NCBI GenBank assembly: GCA_965228475.1 | Contig: OZ245817.1 | Coordinates: 4,928,001 to 4,992,000, forward strand | Direction: 5' to 3' | Origin: Myxococcota bacterium | GTDB lineage: Bacteria; Myxococcota_A; UBA9160; JAFDDA01 | Length of the DNA: 64,000 bases | Part shown: positions 63,965 to 64,000 of the stretch, one piece after another | Layout of the letters: each line of letters opens with the position of its first letter | How positions within the stretch are numbered: position 1 is the stretch's first letter | The notes under the pieces: model-generated | Database searches by the model: none | The model's input: the letters and a program-made list of their open reading frames with translations, nothing else | What the model was told of the DNA's origin: nothing | Program-made: the position numbers and the translations under genes

Positions 63965-64000
63965 GGGCGCCGGCCCGCCCGGCGCTGGCCTGGCGAGGTG

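Overview
A 64-kb, very GC-rich bacterial chromosomal segment, almost fully coding. A Myxococcota/deltaproteobacterial origin is inferred from the sigma54 system, a PEP-CTERM protein, a TSP3/dockerin-like secreted protein and many lipid-catabolic paralogs. Housekeeping genes: mfd, rplC, rlmE, rimO, tal, rpiA, a complete Na+-NQR operon (nqrABCDEF-apbE-nqrM; nqrM is absent from the ORF track), rnhA, ychF, tgt, pyrE and trkH. Accessory genes include acyl-CoA/lipid enzymes, a TetR-Rieske-amidohydrolase-ADC operon, a glycosylation cluster and several large secreted proteins. I found no tRNA, rRNA, CRISPR array, transposase or prophage. Most notable observations: (1) a ~160-aa signal-peptide protein made almost entirely of two conserved motifs of contractile-injection-system baseplate proteins, with no other tail genes nearby; (2) rplC standing outside the S10 operon and in frame with rlmE, which has no canonical start (ACG start, TAG readthrough or a base error); (3) a 42-aa K/R-rich protein upstream of tgt that looks like a ribosomal protein; (4) short tandem duplications at gene junctions that create coupled mini-ORFs; (5) several clear operator palindromes and a sigma54/IHF promoter; (6) two adjacent 1-nt frameshifts that are probably sequence errors. 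All family calls come from motif recognition by eye, not database searches.
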